A DNA stretch of 64,000 nt, from NCBI GenBank assembly GCA_964016885.1, contig OZ024763.1, forward strand, positions 26,908,001 to 26,972,000, in the 5' to 3' direction. The notes beneath the pieces were generated by a model, which had not been told where the DNA came from, ran no database searches, and was given only the letters and a program-made list of their open reading frames with translations. Shown piece after piece: positions 13,540 through 25,032 of the stretch (position 1 is its first letter; each line of letters begins with the position of its first letter). This stretch comes from Eledone cirrhosa (lineage: Eukaryota). The translations under genes were made by a program, and so were the position numbers.

Positions 13540-13830
13540 GCAATGGTGGGCACCTCTCCAAATTGAGAAATCACAGCTCCGATACTATGGTCATGTGGTT
13601 AGAATGTCTCAGGAAAGAATCACTGGACAGATTTTACAGGGAAAAGCAACTGGTAGAAGACCCAGGGGTAAACTCCGAGCAAGATGGTTGGATAACATCC
13701 ATGAGCTTGACTGGTCTTACTTGGGGATCTAGCCAGATCAGTTGGAGATGGTTGTTTCTGACAGGACCTACTGAAAGTAGTGTTTGAGGACTCTGCCCCT
13801 ATCAACCTCTCAGGAATAAGTGGGCAAAGA
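13540..13830 (+). pseudogene. RTE LINE 3' fragment
   Basis: IEKSQLRYYGHVVRMSQERI...GRRPRGKLRARWLD, the same family as the 123-bp array. Confidence 0.7.
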
Positions 13831-13844
13831 AGAAGAATACTTAC

Positions 13845-13989
13845 TACAGAGATTACCAATGACTTTTATACAAGATTCCATGGAGGTTTGTGGCATTTTC
13901 ATCTTAAGAAAAAGCTGAAGGACGTCTTCTTCAATGTCCTTCAAATTATAATAACTGTAGACCAAATGGTTGAAAGCATTTTCACGTTC
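13845..13989 (-). CDS. Internal coding exon of the same gene
   Basis: Acceptor tatttttttcccccag, donor gtaagt, 145 nt (ERENAFNHLVYSYYNLKDIEEDVLQLFLKMKMPQTSMESCIKVIGNLC plus 1 nt). Phase 0 in, phase 1 out. Confidence 0.78.
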
Positions 13990-14135
13990 CTGGGGGAAAA
14001 AAATAAATACAATAGAATAAGTAAACATTACAGCAACACAGTGAGGAAACAATATCACTGTTGATGTCATGGGTGTGTGATGAAAGAACTCAGAGTCATA
14101 TATATAGTTATGTAATAAACAACATAAGGCAATTA

Positions 14136-14195
14136 TTCCATTTACCAGTGGTTTCTTAAAAGCAAAAAAATTTGCTTTCAATCATCAGAATGAAA
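14136..14195 (-). ncRNA. Second copy of the family B hammerhead (intronic, sense to the minus-strand gene)
   Basis: Near-identical reverse complement of 5601-5660, with the difference confined to the stem II loop. Confidence 0.72.
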
Positions 14196-14322
14196 AAATC
14201 CTGGTCTAAGAAACCACTGGTAAATGGAATAATTGCCTTATGTTGTTTATTACATAACTATTAAGCTCTGTTACCTACATAGAGCACTCTTTTTTCCTGG
14301 ACTTTTCCGACGGAATTACTTC

Positions 14323-14353
<31 letters not shown>

Positions 14354-14877
14354 TTTAACTGTTAGTCAAATCAATGATAAACATTGATTGCCAGCTGAAT
14401 TAATTATAGAAATATAAAATATACTGAAGCGAAAACCAAACCATACAGTGAGTGTGTTTTACTATATATTTCTGGCAATATTATAACATGACCCTCCCCA
14501 AATAAAGACAATACAAATACAATAACTGTTTCTACTTTAGGCACAAGGCCAGCAATTAACCAGTGCATTACTGGTACTTTTATTTTATCAACCATACAAA
14601 TACAATAACAATACATAAACAGTTATAAATACAAAAAGAGTTATAAAAATTAAATCACCACCACCACAGCCACCACCATCACAAACAAACAATACCACCA
14701 CCACAGCCACCACCATCACCCCCCACCCCCACCGCGCCCTCCCCTACACAACTAAAAATCAAAACCAGGAAAAAGCCAACATGTATGAGAGATAAGATAA
14801 GAATTATAAAATACAAAATAAACAATTGTAGTTAGTATTTATATATATAAGATGTTACGTAATAGTTAATTTTGTGG

Positions 14878-15372
14878 AGGTGTGTGGCCTAGTGGTTAGG
14901 GTGTTGGACTTACTGTCATAATGTTGTGGGTTTGATTCCTGGACTGGGTTGTGTGTTGTGTGGCCTAGTAGTAAGGGTTAAGGGTGTTGGACTTACAGTC
15001 ATAATGTTGTGGGTTTGATTCCTGGACTGGGTTGTGTTGTGTGGCCTAGTAGTAAGGGTTAAGGGTGTTGGACTTACAGTCATAATGTTGTGGGTTTGAT
15101 TCCTGGACTCGGTTGTGTTGTGTGGCCTAGTAGTAAGGGTTAAGGGTGTTGGACTTACAGTCATAATGTTGTGGGTTTGATTCCTGGACTGGGTTGTGTT
15201 GTGTGGCCTAGTGGTAAGGGTTAAGGGTGTTGGACTTACAGTCATAATGTTGTGGGTTTGATTCCTGGACTGGGTTGTGTTGTGTTGTGTGGCCTAGTGG
15301 TAAGGGTTAAAGGTGTTGGACTTACAGTCATAATGTTGTGGGTTTGATTCCTGGACTGGGTTGTGTGTTGTG
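14878..15372 (+). repeat. Tandem array (about 6 x 81 bp) of the SINE family 2 tRNA-like head
   Basis: tggcctagt recurs at 14961, 15042, 15123 and 15204. The array runs into the SINE core at about 15370. Confidence 0.9.
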
Positions 15373-15934
15373 TTCTTGAGCAAAACACCTCATTTCACGT
15401 TGCTCCAGTATACTCAGCTGAAAATGAGTACCAGTAATAGCTGGGGGATTTAACTCTGTAATGGACTGGTGTATGGCTTAATGGTAAGGATGTTGGACTT
15501 ACGACCGTAATGTTATGTGTTTTGTTCTTGAGCGAAACACTTCATTTCATCTTGCTCCACAGACATACACACCACCACACCACACAATACACACAACCCC
15601 ACCACACCATACAATACAATACACACAACCCCTCATAATACACACAACCCCCACACTACAGACACACACACAACCACACCACCAACAACACATACCCACC
15701 ACTGGCACCACCACCCCACAATACACACAACCCCCACACCACAGACATAACCACACCACCAACAACACCCCACTACACCACAATACACACAGCCCCCCCC
15801 CCCCCCAAATCAGACACACAAACAACCATACCACCACCACCACCAACAACATCCACCACACACACACACATACCCACCACTGCCACCCACCACCCACACA
15901 CAACTGGAAAGTTTTAAACTCCGAATGAACTCAC

Positions 15935-15999
15935 CCTAAAAATTTTGTCAGCACTGTTAACAAAGGTCACCCTCAGTTGAATACAGTGGTACATTCGAG
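15935..15999 (-). CDS. Internal coding exon of the same gene
   Basis: Acceptor atatttgtttcag, donor gtgagt, 65 nt ((A)RMYHCIQLRVTFVNSADKIFR). Phase 1 in, phase 0 out. Confidence 0.72.
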
Positions 16000-16619
16000 C
16001 TGAAACAAATATATTTAATTTATATACAGTTATATAGTGAAGATACATGGATTAATGGTTAGAGAGTTAGATTTGTATATTACTGGTGGACAAATGCAGT
16101 GTGAGAGATGGCGAAGGCGAGAGAGATGGAGGTGATGACAGTGGGAGTTCAGCTCTTCCGTGTTCGGACATATTGGTAAGGACTTGGAATTTGGTTTGTT
16201 TTCTCGACTGTTGAAAGTGAAGTAGTCTGTGTGTGAGTCTGCGTGTGACCGATTTAACCAACCAAACAGCATCTTTCGTTTATATTATATACAGTTATAT
16301 AGTGAAGGTACATAGCTTAGTGGTTAGAGAGATTTGTCAGCGTGAGGTTGTTAGTCCGATTCCCAGATCAAGTATATTACTGGTGGACAAATGTAGTGTG
16401 AGAGATGGTGAAGGCGAGAGAGATGGAAGCGATGACAGTGGGAGTTTGGCTCTTCCGTGTTCGGACATATTGGTAAGGACTTGGAATTTGGTTTGTTTTC
16501 TCGACTGTTGGAAGTGAAGCATTCTGTGCATTTTATTTGAGATGTGTTTATAATGGCTGGCATCTACATTAACCTAGCTATCATCTGTCCTGAATATTAT
16601 TAATATTTAATGGCTTCTT

Positions 16620-17260
16620 ATATAAGCACAAGACCAGCAATTTTGGGGAAGGAGAAAGTCAATTAAATCGACCCTAATGCAAGACTGGTACTTAATTTTA
16701 TCGACCCCGTAAGGATGAAAGGCAAAGTTAACCTAGGTGAGATTTGAACTCAGATCATAAAGGGCCGTAACTATGTTGTAAAGCATGGCGTCCGACGCTC
16801 TACTGATTCTAATAATAATAATTACACCATGAATAATAATAATTGTTTCTACTTTTGGCACAAGGCCAGCAATTACCCCAGTGCATTACTGGTACTTTAT
16901 TTTATCGACCCCGTCAGGATGAAAGGCAAAGTTAACCTCGGCGGGATTTGAACTCAGAATGGCAAGGGCCGTAACGATGCGTCAAAGCATGGCGTTCGAC
17001 TCTCTACCGATTCTGCCAATCCACTGCCACGAATAATAATAATAATGGTTTCTTATATAGGCACAAGGCCAGCAATTTTGGGGGAGGAGAAAGTTGATTA
17101 AATCGACCCAGTACGTGACTGGTACTTTACTTTATCGACCCCGTAACGATGAAAGGCAAATTTAACCTCGGGCGGGATTTAAACTCAGATCATAAAGGGC
17201 CGTAACTATGCGTCAAAGCATGGCGTCCGACCCTCTACCAATACTGCCAATCTACAGTCC
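16620..17260 (-). mobile_element. Three tandem SINE family 1 copies
   Basis: Same consensus as 7700-9620. Confidence 0.85.
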
Positions 17261-17442
17261 TAACATGGCGTCCGACCCTCTACCAATACTGCCAATCTAC
17301 AGTCCTAACATGGCGTCCGACCCTCTACCAATACTGCCAATCTACAGTCCTAACATGGCGTCCGACCCTCTACCAATACTGCCAATCTACAGTCCTAACA
17401 TGGCGTCCGACCCTCTACCAATACTGCCAATCTACAGTCCTT
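17219..17442. repeat. 45-bp tandem array (5 copies) from the SINE family 1 head
   Basis: Unit catggcgtccgaccctctaccaatactgccaatctacagtcctaa. Confidence 0.92.
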
Positions 17443-17872
17443 ACTACTTTAATATTTACATAGCGAGGTTTTGTACTTTTCAAGAATGTCTTGCTAATGT
17501 GGTTCCACGTGGTTTTGTTAATTCAAATGTTTATAGTATCTTTACTAGTTGACAGATTGTTGTGAAAGAGAGAGAGAACTTGGCGGCAGAGGGGGGCAAC
17601 TTGGCGGCAGAGGGGGAAACTTGGCGGCAGAGGCGGAGAGAACTTGGTGGCAGAGGAAAGAGTTTGGTGGTTGACGGGTAGAGTAGAGAGCTTGGAGGGG
17701 GAGAGAAGAGAGCTTGGCGGTGGAGGGGGAGAGTAATGGGCTTGGCGGTGGAGGGGAAGAGTGAAGAGTTTGGTGGTAGACGGGGAGAGTAGAGAGCTTG
17801 GCGATGAAGGGGGAGGGTTTTGTGGTGGAGAGAAAATGGGAGGAGGAGGTGGAAGAATACAGTGTAACTTAC

Positions 17873-17966
17873 CATCTGGGTCTTCAAGGGGTTCCTTTGG
17901 ACGATAACGAGAACTTTGGTTGAACAGAAGGTGCGTGGATGGATCACTTTGGAAGGAATTATCCGG
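17873..17966 (-). CDS. Internal coding exon of the same gene
   Basis: Acceptor ttttccaccttctctttttag, donor gtaagt, 94 nt (PDNSFQSDPSTHLLFNQSSRYRPKEPLEDPD plus G). Phase 0 in, phase 1 out. Confidence 0.72.
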
Positions 17967-18113
17967 CTAAAAAGAGAAGGTGGAAAAATAATCTATATGA
18001 AAAGCGTGTTTTGTGAAAGGTGGAACAAAAAAAAAAAAATCTGTATGAAAAGCATATTTTTGAAATCGTTGAAACAAAAATTTATATGAAATGTATGTTT
18101 TTGAATGCGTTGG

Positions 18114-18153
<40 letters not shown>

Positions 18154-18512
18154 GACGCCAGTACAAGCCCTAGACACATAACGCTAAGACTTTCGAGGCG
18201 AGTGGGACTATGCCCAGCGACGCCAGTACAAACCCTAGTTAGACACACAACGCTAGGACTTTCGAGGCGAGTGAGGCTTTGTCCAGTGACGCCAGTACAA
18301 ATCCTAGACACACAACGCTAGGGCTTTTGAGGCGAGTGAGGCTATGTCCAGCGACGCCAGTACAAACCCTAGACACACAACGCTAGGGATTTCGAGGCGA
18401 GTGGAGCTATGCCCAGCGACGCCAGTACAAGCCCTAGCCAGACACACAACACTAGAATTTGCGAGGTGAGTGGGGCTATGCCCAGCTACGCCAGAACAAA
18501 CTTTACTCAGAC
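18154..18512. repeat. 65/69-bp minisatellite, about 5.5 copies
   Basis: gacgccagtacaa-like starts at 18154, 18219, 18288, 18353, 18418 and 18487. Confidence 0.9.
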
Positions 18513-20150
18513 ACGGGTAGAAGGAGCAACGTGAAATAAAGTGTCTTACTCAAGGACATAACGCATCGCCCGGTCCAAGAATCGAACTCACAACCTCACG
18601 ATTGTGAATCCAATTCTCTTACCACTCGATATTTGGAAAAGTAGAGAGTATGTTTATAGCGAAAAGTTAGTGTCCGACGGTTGAGCTGACACCGCTTCAA
18701 CACACACACACACACACACACACACACGATGTATTTGTTAAGTATTTAGGACAAAACTATAACAGAATTATTATTATTTAATAGGGAATAGAACAATTAT
18801 TTTGGTCGAGGAAAATTTTAATTTGAACTATAAAATAGCTTATTGATAAAACTGAGAAATCAATATAGAATACAAAGAGACGACCAATCAATAAAAATAT
18901 ATTTAACCCCCCCCCCCCCCCCCCAAAAAAAAACAGGAAAATATTTAATTATACACTACTGGCAATATTTGACTTAACCATAAGCTAGATAAGCTATGAC
19001 TTAGGGTTACAATTCCCCCGGGGCCTCAGTCTAGCCAGAGCTGAACTTACTTATAAGCTAAATAAGTTACTATAGTTGCCCCTCGGGGGCCTCATTTTTA
19101 GGCATATATTTTTTATTTTATCATCAGTTTTTATTCTTTAATATTAAACTATCAGAGAGAGAGAGATCTGTGGTTTGTGATCATATATACACATTCTTTA
19201 TAATTAGCATTACTTTAAAAAATAATTATGTTTTTTAGAGAAGAGCCTCAAATTTCATATATTTTAGGGTCTCAGCAGCTGAAAGCCCGGCCCCGACGAC
19301 ACTGGGGGAATATTTGTGTTGCCGTCTAAAAATGTTTGAGGCAAGCCAAGACCCCAGGTGATAGATGGTCCTTTAATTACAAAATATAACAAGGAATGTT
19401 GGTGTAGCCTTCTAAAACTTGTTGAGAAGACCTGTCAACTCTCCCCGTCCGATGGGGGAGATCTCCCACCCACTCTGGAGTGGATGAGAGATGTCTTCTC
19501 TTGTGAAAATGGGTATAGCTTTCATTATGTAAAATCTCCCCGTTTTGGGGCTTTTTTATTCATGGTACTTTGAGCTTTTAGAGGTTAGCAGATCTGTTTC
19601 TGAGGAAAGCATACATACCCTAGACACTCACATTACCTCAGTAGAGGGTCTCACACAACAAAATGGTGGGGTTGGTTTCTAAATCTTGTTGAGGGAAGCA
19701 TAGCTACACAAGACACAGCATTACCTCAGACGTTTGAGGGTCTCACAACAACAGGGAGTGTTTTGATAATAATTGTTTCTACTTTTGGCACAAGGCCAGC
19801 AATAACCAGTACGTTACTGGTACTTTATTTTATAGACCCCGTAAGGATGAAACTGGAGCAACGCGAAATAAAGTGTCTTGCTCAAGGAAACAACACATCA
19901 CCTGGTCCAAGAATTGAACTCACAACCTTTCGATTGCAAGCCCAATGCTTTAACCACTAAGCCATGTGCCTTCACACAATATTTTAGGAAAGGAAAATGC
20001 TTTCTGATGATCTAAACTTTTCCATTGGAAGTCCCTAGGGATCTCCAATCTTTTGTGAAGTGAAACCGTCGGTAAAAGCAATTGGAATAGGTAAATATTT
20101 AAATTATATTTAATTTATTTTGAAAAATTGTTTGAATCTTGCTTGCTCCG

Positions 20151-20222
<72 letters not shown>

Positions 20223-20239
20223 TTAAAATAACAGATTAA

Positions 20240-20290
20240 AGTTTAAGCAAAGAATCGCTGCTTTCACCCTTAACGGGATCTTCTGAAACT
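20240..20290 (-). ncRNA. Hammerhead-like fold with variant core CAGAAGA (family E)
   Basis: Minus strand reads agttt CAGAAGA t-ccc-gttaa-ggg-t GAAA gca-gcgattctt-tgc TT aaact. Related copies at about 6835-6885, 7007-7052 and 49383-49519. Confidence 0.42.
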
Positions 20291-20690
20291 AACAGTAGCG
20301 ATTCTTTGCTTAAACTTTAATCTGTTATTTTAATAAATATTTGCTCTAGGGTTCTTATATTTGATATATATTTATCCTTATCGAGCCCTCTTTGGATTTT
20401 AATCTTCAAATTTATTATTATTACTATATATATATATATATATTTTTTTTCAATACTTTTGTTATGGTTTTTTACGTTCAGAGTTAGTTCAAATCCCGCC
20501 GAGGTTAGTTTTGCCTTTCATCTTTACTGGGGTCGATAAAATAAAGTACCAGTAATGCACTGGGATAATCGCTGGCCTTGTGCCAAATGTAGAAATAATT
20601 ATTACAGGTAACTGAGGGTCTGACAGCAACAAGGTATGTTGGTGTTTTCTAAGACTTGTTGAGACAAGCTTAAGACGTGCGAGGAAGTAC

Positions 20691-20720
20691 CGCGGCCACA
20701 AAAACCACACTCGTGGTCAT
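20691..20720 (-). CDS. Candidate first coding exon (MTTSVVFVAA) of the same gene
   Basis: ATG at 20720-20718, 30 nt, then a weak donor gtactt. Phase 0 fits the next exon. Confidence 0.35.
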
Positions 20721-21041
20721 TATACACAACCCTCCTTTGTTTATTTATTTATTTATTTATTGACAATTAATCCAGGAGATATACTTCCAAGAAGAGAAGA
20801 GCACCAGGTCAAAATATCCCCATCCCCACCATCTCTCAGAGTACAACACAATATGAGAGAGAGAGGAGGGAGAAAGAGAGAGGAGGCAGAAAGAGAGAGG
20901 AGGGAGAGAGAGAGAGGTGGGTGGTTGGGAATAGAAAACCCAACCGAACGTAAGTTATTGTCGAGTTATTCGGTGGTGTGTGAGTAACAGAGAGAGAGGA
21001 AAAGTTGTATTTGTAATAAGAGGTTGTTGAACTAGATACGG

Positions 21042-21073
<32 letters not shown>

Positions 21074-21157
21074 CACCGTGGAGAACTAGTTGGGGTGGGG
21101 GGTGGGGGGTGAGTGGACACGCGGACATATACATACATACATATATACACACATACA

Positions 21158-21765
21158 TGGTGGCTGCCAACTCGTTTTCGAGTACGGCCACTACTTTATA
21201 TCCATGTAGAAGAACCCCTACCGATGCGCTGAACGAGTGTGACTTTTTAGTCCAGCCAGCGACTTGAAAACTCTGGTACAAACACTACACTTGTGACAAT
21301 TATTGACACATAGTGCTGGGCCCATGGTACCATGTGACGACAAGTGCAGAGAGATCTCCAGATATAAAGCAATGCCTGTGCTGTGAAGCTTTTATAGTGA
21401 GCAAAGGCACTGCACAAAGCCAGTTCCACTCTCTTAACCAAGATGATATTTACCAAAAAGAAGAACAAGTCAACATCATTGGATACCATCAGAGTTGCAG
21501 GTGTTATATCAGAGTTTTCCTTCTCCTAGAATTCTGCCTTGACAAAGGCTAAGGGGTCATCTCTCCCGGTGATTTTGGATGGCCATTGACTCTTAAGAGC
21601 TCCTTTGCCCTTTGACAGGTTTTGTTTTTAGTCCTGCATGATGTCCAAAGTCACCCTCCTCACCAAGAAACCTTGGTGGGGTTGTCAGTTTAGTCGCCAA
21701 CGACCCGACCATGAGACAGGTTGTACTGGCATACATGTTACCAGTAGCACCAACTGGTGACCTGA
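21158..21765. mobile_element. Interspersed repeat flanked by (ACAT)n; internally deleted copy at 30270-30683
   Basis: Near-identical tggtggctgccaactcgtttt...gcaccaactggtgacc in both places. Confidence 0.75.
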
Positions 21766-22541
21766 CATACATACACACATATATACACACATATATACAC
21801 ACACACATACCATGGAGAACTAGTTGGGGCGGGGGGGGGGGGGGGGGTTGAGTGGACACACGGACATATACAGATACACACATATACGATATATATACAC
21901 ACACACACATACATATACACACATATATATATATATACACACATACATATACACACACATATATATATACACACATATATATATACACACATATATATAT
22001 ACACACACATACATACACACATACACACATACATACATATACACACATACATATACACACACATACATATACACACATATACACACATACATACACACAC
22101 ATATATACACACATATATACACACATATATACACACATACATATACACACATATATACACACATACATATACACACATATATATATACACACACACACAT
22201 ATATATATACACACATACATATACACATACACATATATATATATGATCGACTTTCGTCAAATCGGACCGAGGAAACACTGTTTCCATTGGTCTTTCCAGT
22301 TGCTAATACTATCTATCGGTCACAACTCCAGGTAGAAGGAACAACGTGAAATAAAGTGTCTTGCTCAAGGACATAACGCATCGCCTGGTCTGGGAATCGA
22401 ACCCAATTCTCTAACCACTCAGCCACACGCCTTCACTATATACATATACACACATACATATATATCCAGGTAGTGTAACGTGACGTTACTGCAGGTCCAC
22501 CCAGGGAAGCAATCGATGTATTTCATAGAGATTATAGCAGA

Positions 22542-22616
22542 GGTCGGACGAGCTTTTGATTCCAGAGTCGCGCCAGATCGAACCTGGAGCTGGTCAATAG
22601 CGAAACGCGCGTCACC
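22542..22616 (+). ncRNA. Hammerhead-like fold with variant core CGGACGA (family D)
   Basis: Stem I ggt/acc; CGGACGA 22545-22551; stem II GCT...AGC with internal ttccag/ctggag; GAAA 22602-22605; palindromic CGCGCG; GUC triplet; AATAAA at 22621. A degenerate minus-strand copy is at 23577-23640. Confidence 0.5.
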
Positions 22617-22763
22617 AATCAATAAACGTAACGAAGGCTTAACAAATAGTCCTTATATATTATATATATATATATATATATATGTTTATCCCGGGTTCAA
22701 TCGGGGGTAACCACAGTAAGGTTTTCAATACAAAGCAGAGTATAAATATTTACTATAGAAAAG

Positions 22764-22807
<44 letters not shown>

Positions 22808-22950
22808 TCAGGTTTGAGGTTCACCACTGTATAGAGCTGGTCTATTCCGTATGGTCAATCGTAATGCAATAATATAGAGAGTACTCAACGTAAAGCAGTT
22901 CAACCGTCTTTGTTTTTGTAGTTGGTGGTGCTATTACGGAGTTAAATATT

Positions 22951-23330
22951 ATAATGAAATGACAGGAGGCTGGATTTGTGTAAATCCTTGAAAGGTTTAT
23001 TATACTATGATCATTTCAATGACCGGGTTCCGTATGAATCCGGTGATATCATCAGGTATTCGAAATATAATACGTGAATGTAATAGGTAAAATCCATGGG
23101 GCTGAAAATCGAGACCCGAGGGCGACCGCTATTCTGTTCCTTCAACCTCAGCCGGTCGCCCTGGAGTCTCGATTTTCAGCCCCATGGATTTTACCTATTA
23201 CATTCACGTATTATATTTCGAATACCTGATGATATCACCGGATTCATACGGAACCCGGTCATTGAAATGATCATAGTATAATAAACCTTTCAAGGATTTA
23301 CACAAATCCAGCCTCCTGTCATTTCATTAT
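22951..23330. mobile_element. Palindrome with 178-bp arms and 24-nt spacer
   Basis: 22951-23128 is the near-perfect reverse complement of 23153-23330, and the right arm ends at (TA)n. Confidence 0.85.
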
Positions 23331-23503
23331 TATATATATATATATATATATATAGGAACGAGTAGGACCCCGACGGCTGAGCTCAATCCAGAATTAGCCG
23401 TCGAAACGGCTTGAGCTCAGTTCCTATTACCCACTCTACTACCCCATGTATTGAGTACTTTGGTGCGTTATGGTCCATCTTGTTCCTTACCACATTTCCT
23501 TCG

Positions 23504-23543
<40 letters not shown>

Positions 23544-23965
23544 ACGATTTGTTAAGCCTTCATTATGTTTATTGATTGGTGACGCGCGTTCGATCAAGGT
23601 TCGATCTGGCCCGACTCTGGAATCAAAAGCTCGTCCGACTTCTGCTATAATCTCTAAGAAATAAATCATTTGCTGTTATAATGAGCTGAGTCTAAACATC
23701 GAGTGCTTACCTGAGTGGACCTGCAGTAATGTCACGTTACACTACCTGGATATATATGTATATAGTGAAGGCGTGTGGCTGAGTGGTTAGAGAATTGGAT
23801 TCCCAATCGCGAGGTTGAGAGTTCGATTACCTGGGTGGACCTGCAGTAACGTCACGTTACACTACCTGGATATATATATATATATATATATATTTCGTTT
23901 CTGAATTTGTTTAGCAAGATTCTTTATCTGTAAACGTGTGTTGAAACCGATATTGTTATGTTTTG

Positions 23966-24250
23966 AGAGGGTCATGTTGCCAATAAGAAACGCACGCACC
24001 AGTTGCTTTCACTCCAATTTATTATAAATTAAATTTATAAATTTAAGAATTTATAAATTTCCGGTTGGTTGGTTCCATAAGAGGTCACAGAATGTGTGAG
24101 GAAAGAACTTTGACAATATATGAACAACCGTCCGGTTATGGAACCAACCAACCAAAAATTTATAAATTCTTAAATTTATAAATTTAATTTATAATAAATT
24201 GGAGTGTAAGCGACTTGTGAGTGTGTTTCTTATTGGCAACATGACCCTCC
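23966..24250. mobile_element. Inverted-repeat (MITE/foldback-like) element with about 113-bp arms
   Basis: gagggtcatgttgccaataagaaac...ggttggttccataa pairs with ttatggaaccaacc...gtttcttattggcaacatgaccctc. Confidence 0.75.
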
Positions 24251-24251
24251 C

Positions 24252-24642
24252 ATAATATAATATAATATAATATAATATAATATAATATAATATAATATAA
24301 TATAATATAATATAATATAATAAATATAATATAATATAATATAATATAATAAATATAATATAATATAATAAATAAAATAAATATAATAAATAAAATAAAT
24401 ATAATAAATAAAATAAATATAATATAATAAATATAATATAATAAATATAATATAATAAATATAATATAATAAATATAATATAATAAATATAATATAATAA
24501 ATATAATATAATAAATATAATATAATAAATATAATATAATAAATATAATATAATATAATATAATATAATATAATATAATATAATATAATATAATATAATA
24601 TAATATAATATAATATAATATATAATATAAAATATAATATAA
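24252..24642. repeat. (TATAA)n/(AAT)n low-complexity tract
   Basis: Directly visible. Confidence 0.95.
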
Positions 24643-24653
24643 AAGAGAGAGAG

Positions 24654-25032
24654 AGGCACATGGCTTAGTGGTTATAGCATTGGCCTTGCAATCAAAAGGT
24701 TGTGAGTCCAATTCTCAGACCCGGTGATGTGTTGTTTCCTTGAGCAAGACACTTTATTTTACATTGCTCCAGTTTACTCAGCTGTAGAATTGAGATGATA
24801 GGGACTCGGGTCCCTATCATTCCACTGCAAAATAGTCGTGGAGGTGCCACGGCAAAAATGCACCCAGCCCACACTGCAAAGTGGTCGTGGAGGTGCCACA
24901 GCAAAAAAGCACCCAGCACTCACTGTAAATGAGGTTGGTGTTAGGAAGGGCATCCAGCTGTAGAAATCAAGCCAGAATCAATTCCCGTTCCACCCTTGCA
25001 AGCAGGGAAAAGCGGACGTAAAATGATGATGA
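24654..25032 (+). mobile_element. Full-length SINE family 2 (tRNA head, core, RTE-like tail)
   Basis: tggcttagtgg A-box, gagtccaattc B-box-like, ttgagcaagacactttat core, gttggtgttaggaagggcatccagctgtag tail, (ATG)n end. Inverted near-copy at 61585-61962. Confidence 0.8.

Noticed and set aside
17531-17947. 138-aa Pro/Leu/Ser-rich ORF
   Set aside because: It mostly reads through a purine-rich intronic repeat. Only 17873-17966 is exon-like, and in a different frame.
20004-20040. CTGATGA followed by a hairpin and GTC
   Set aside because: There is no stem II, GAAA or stem I, so it is not a supportable hammerhead.
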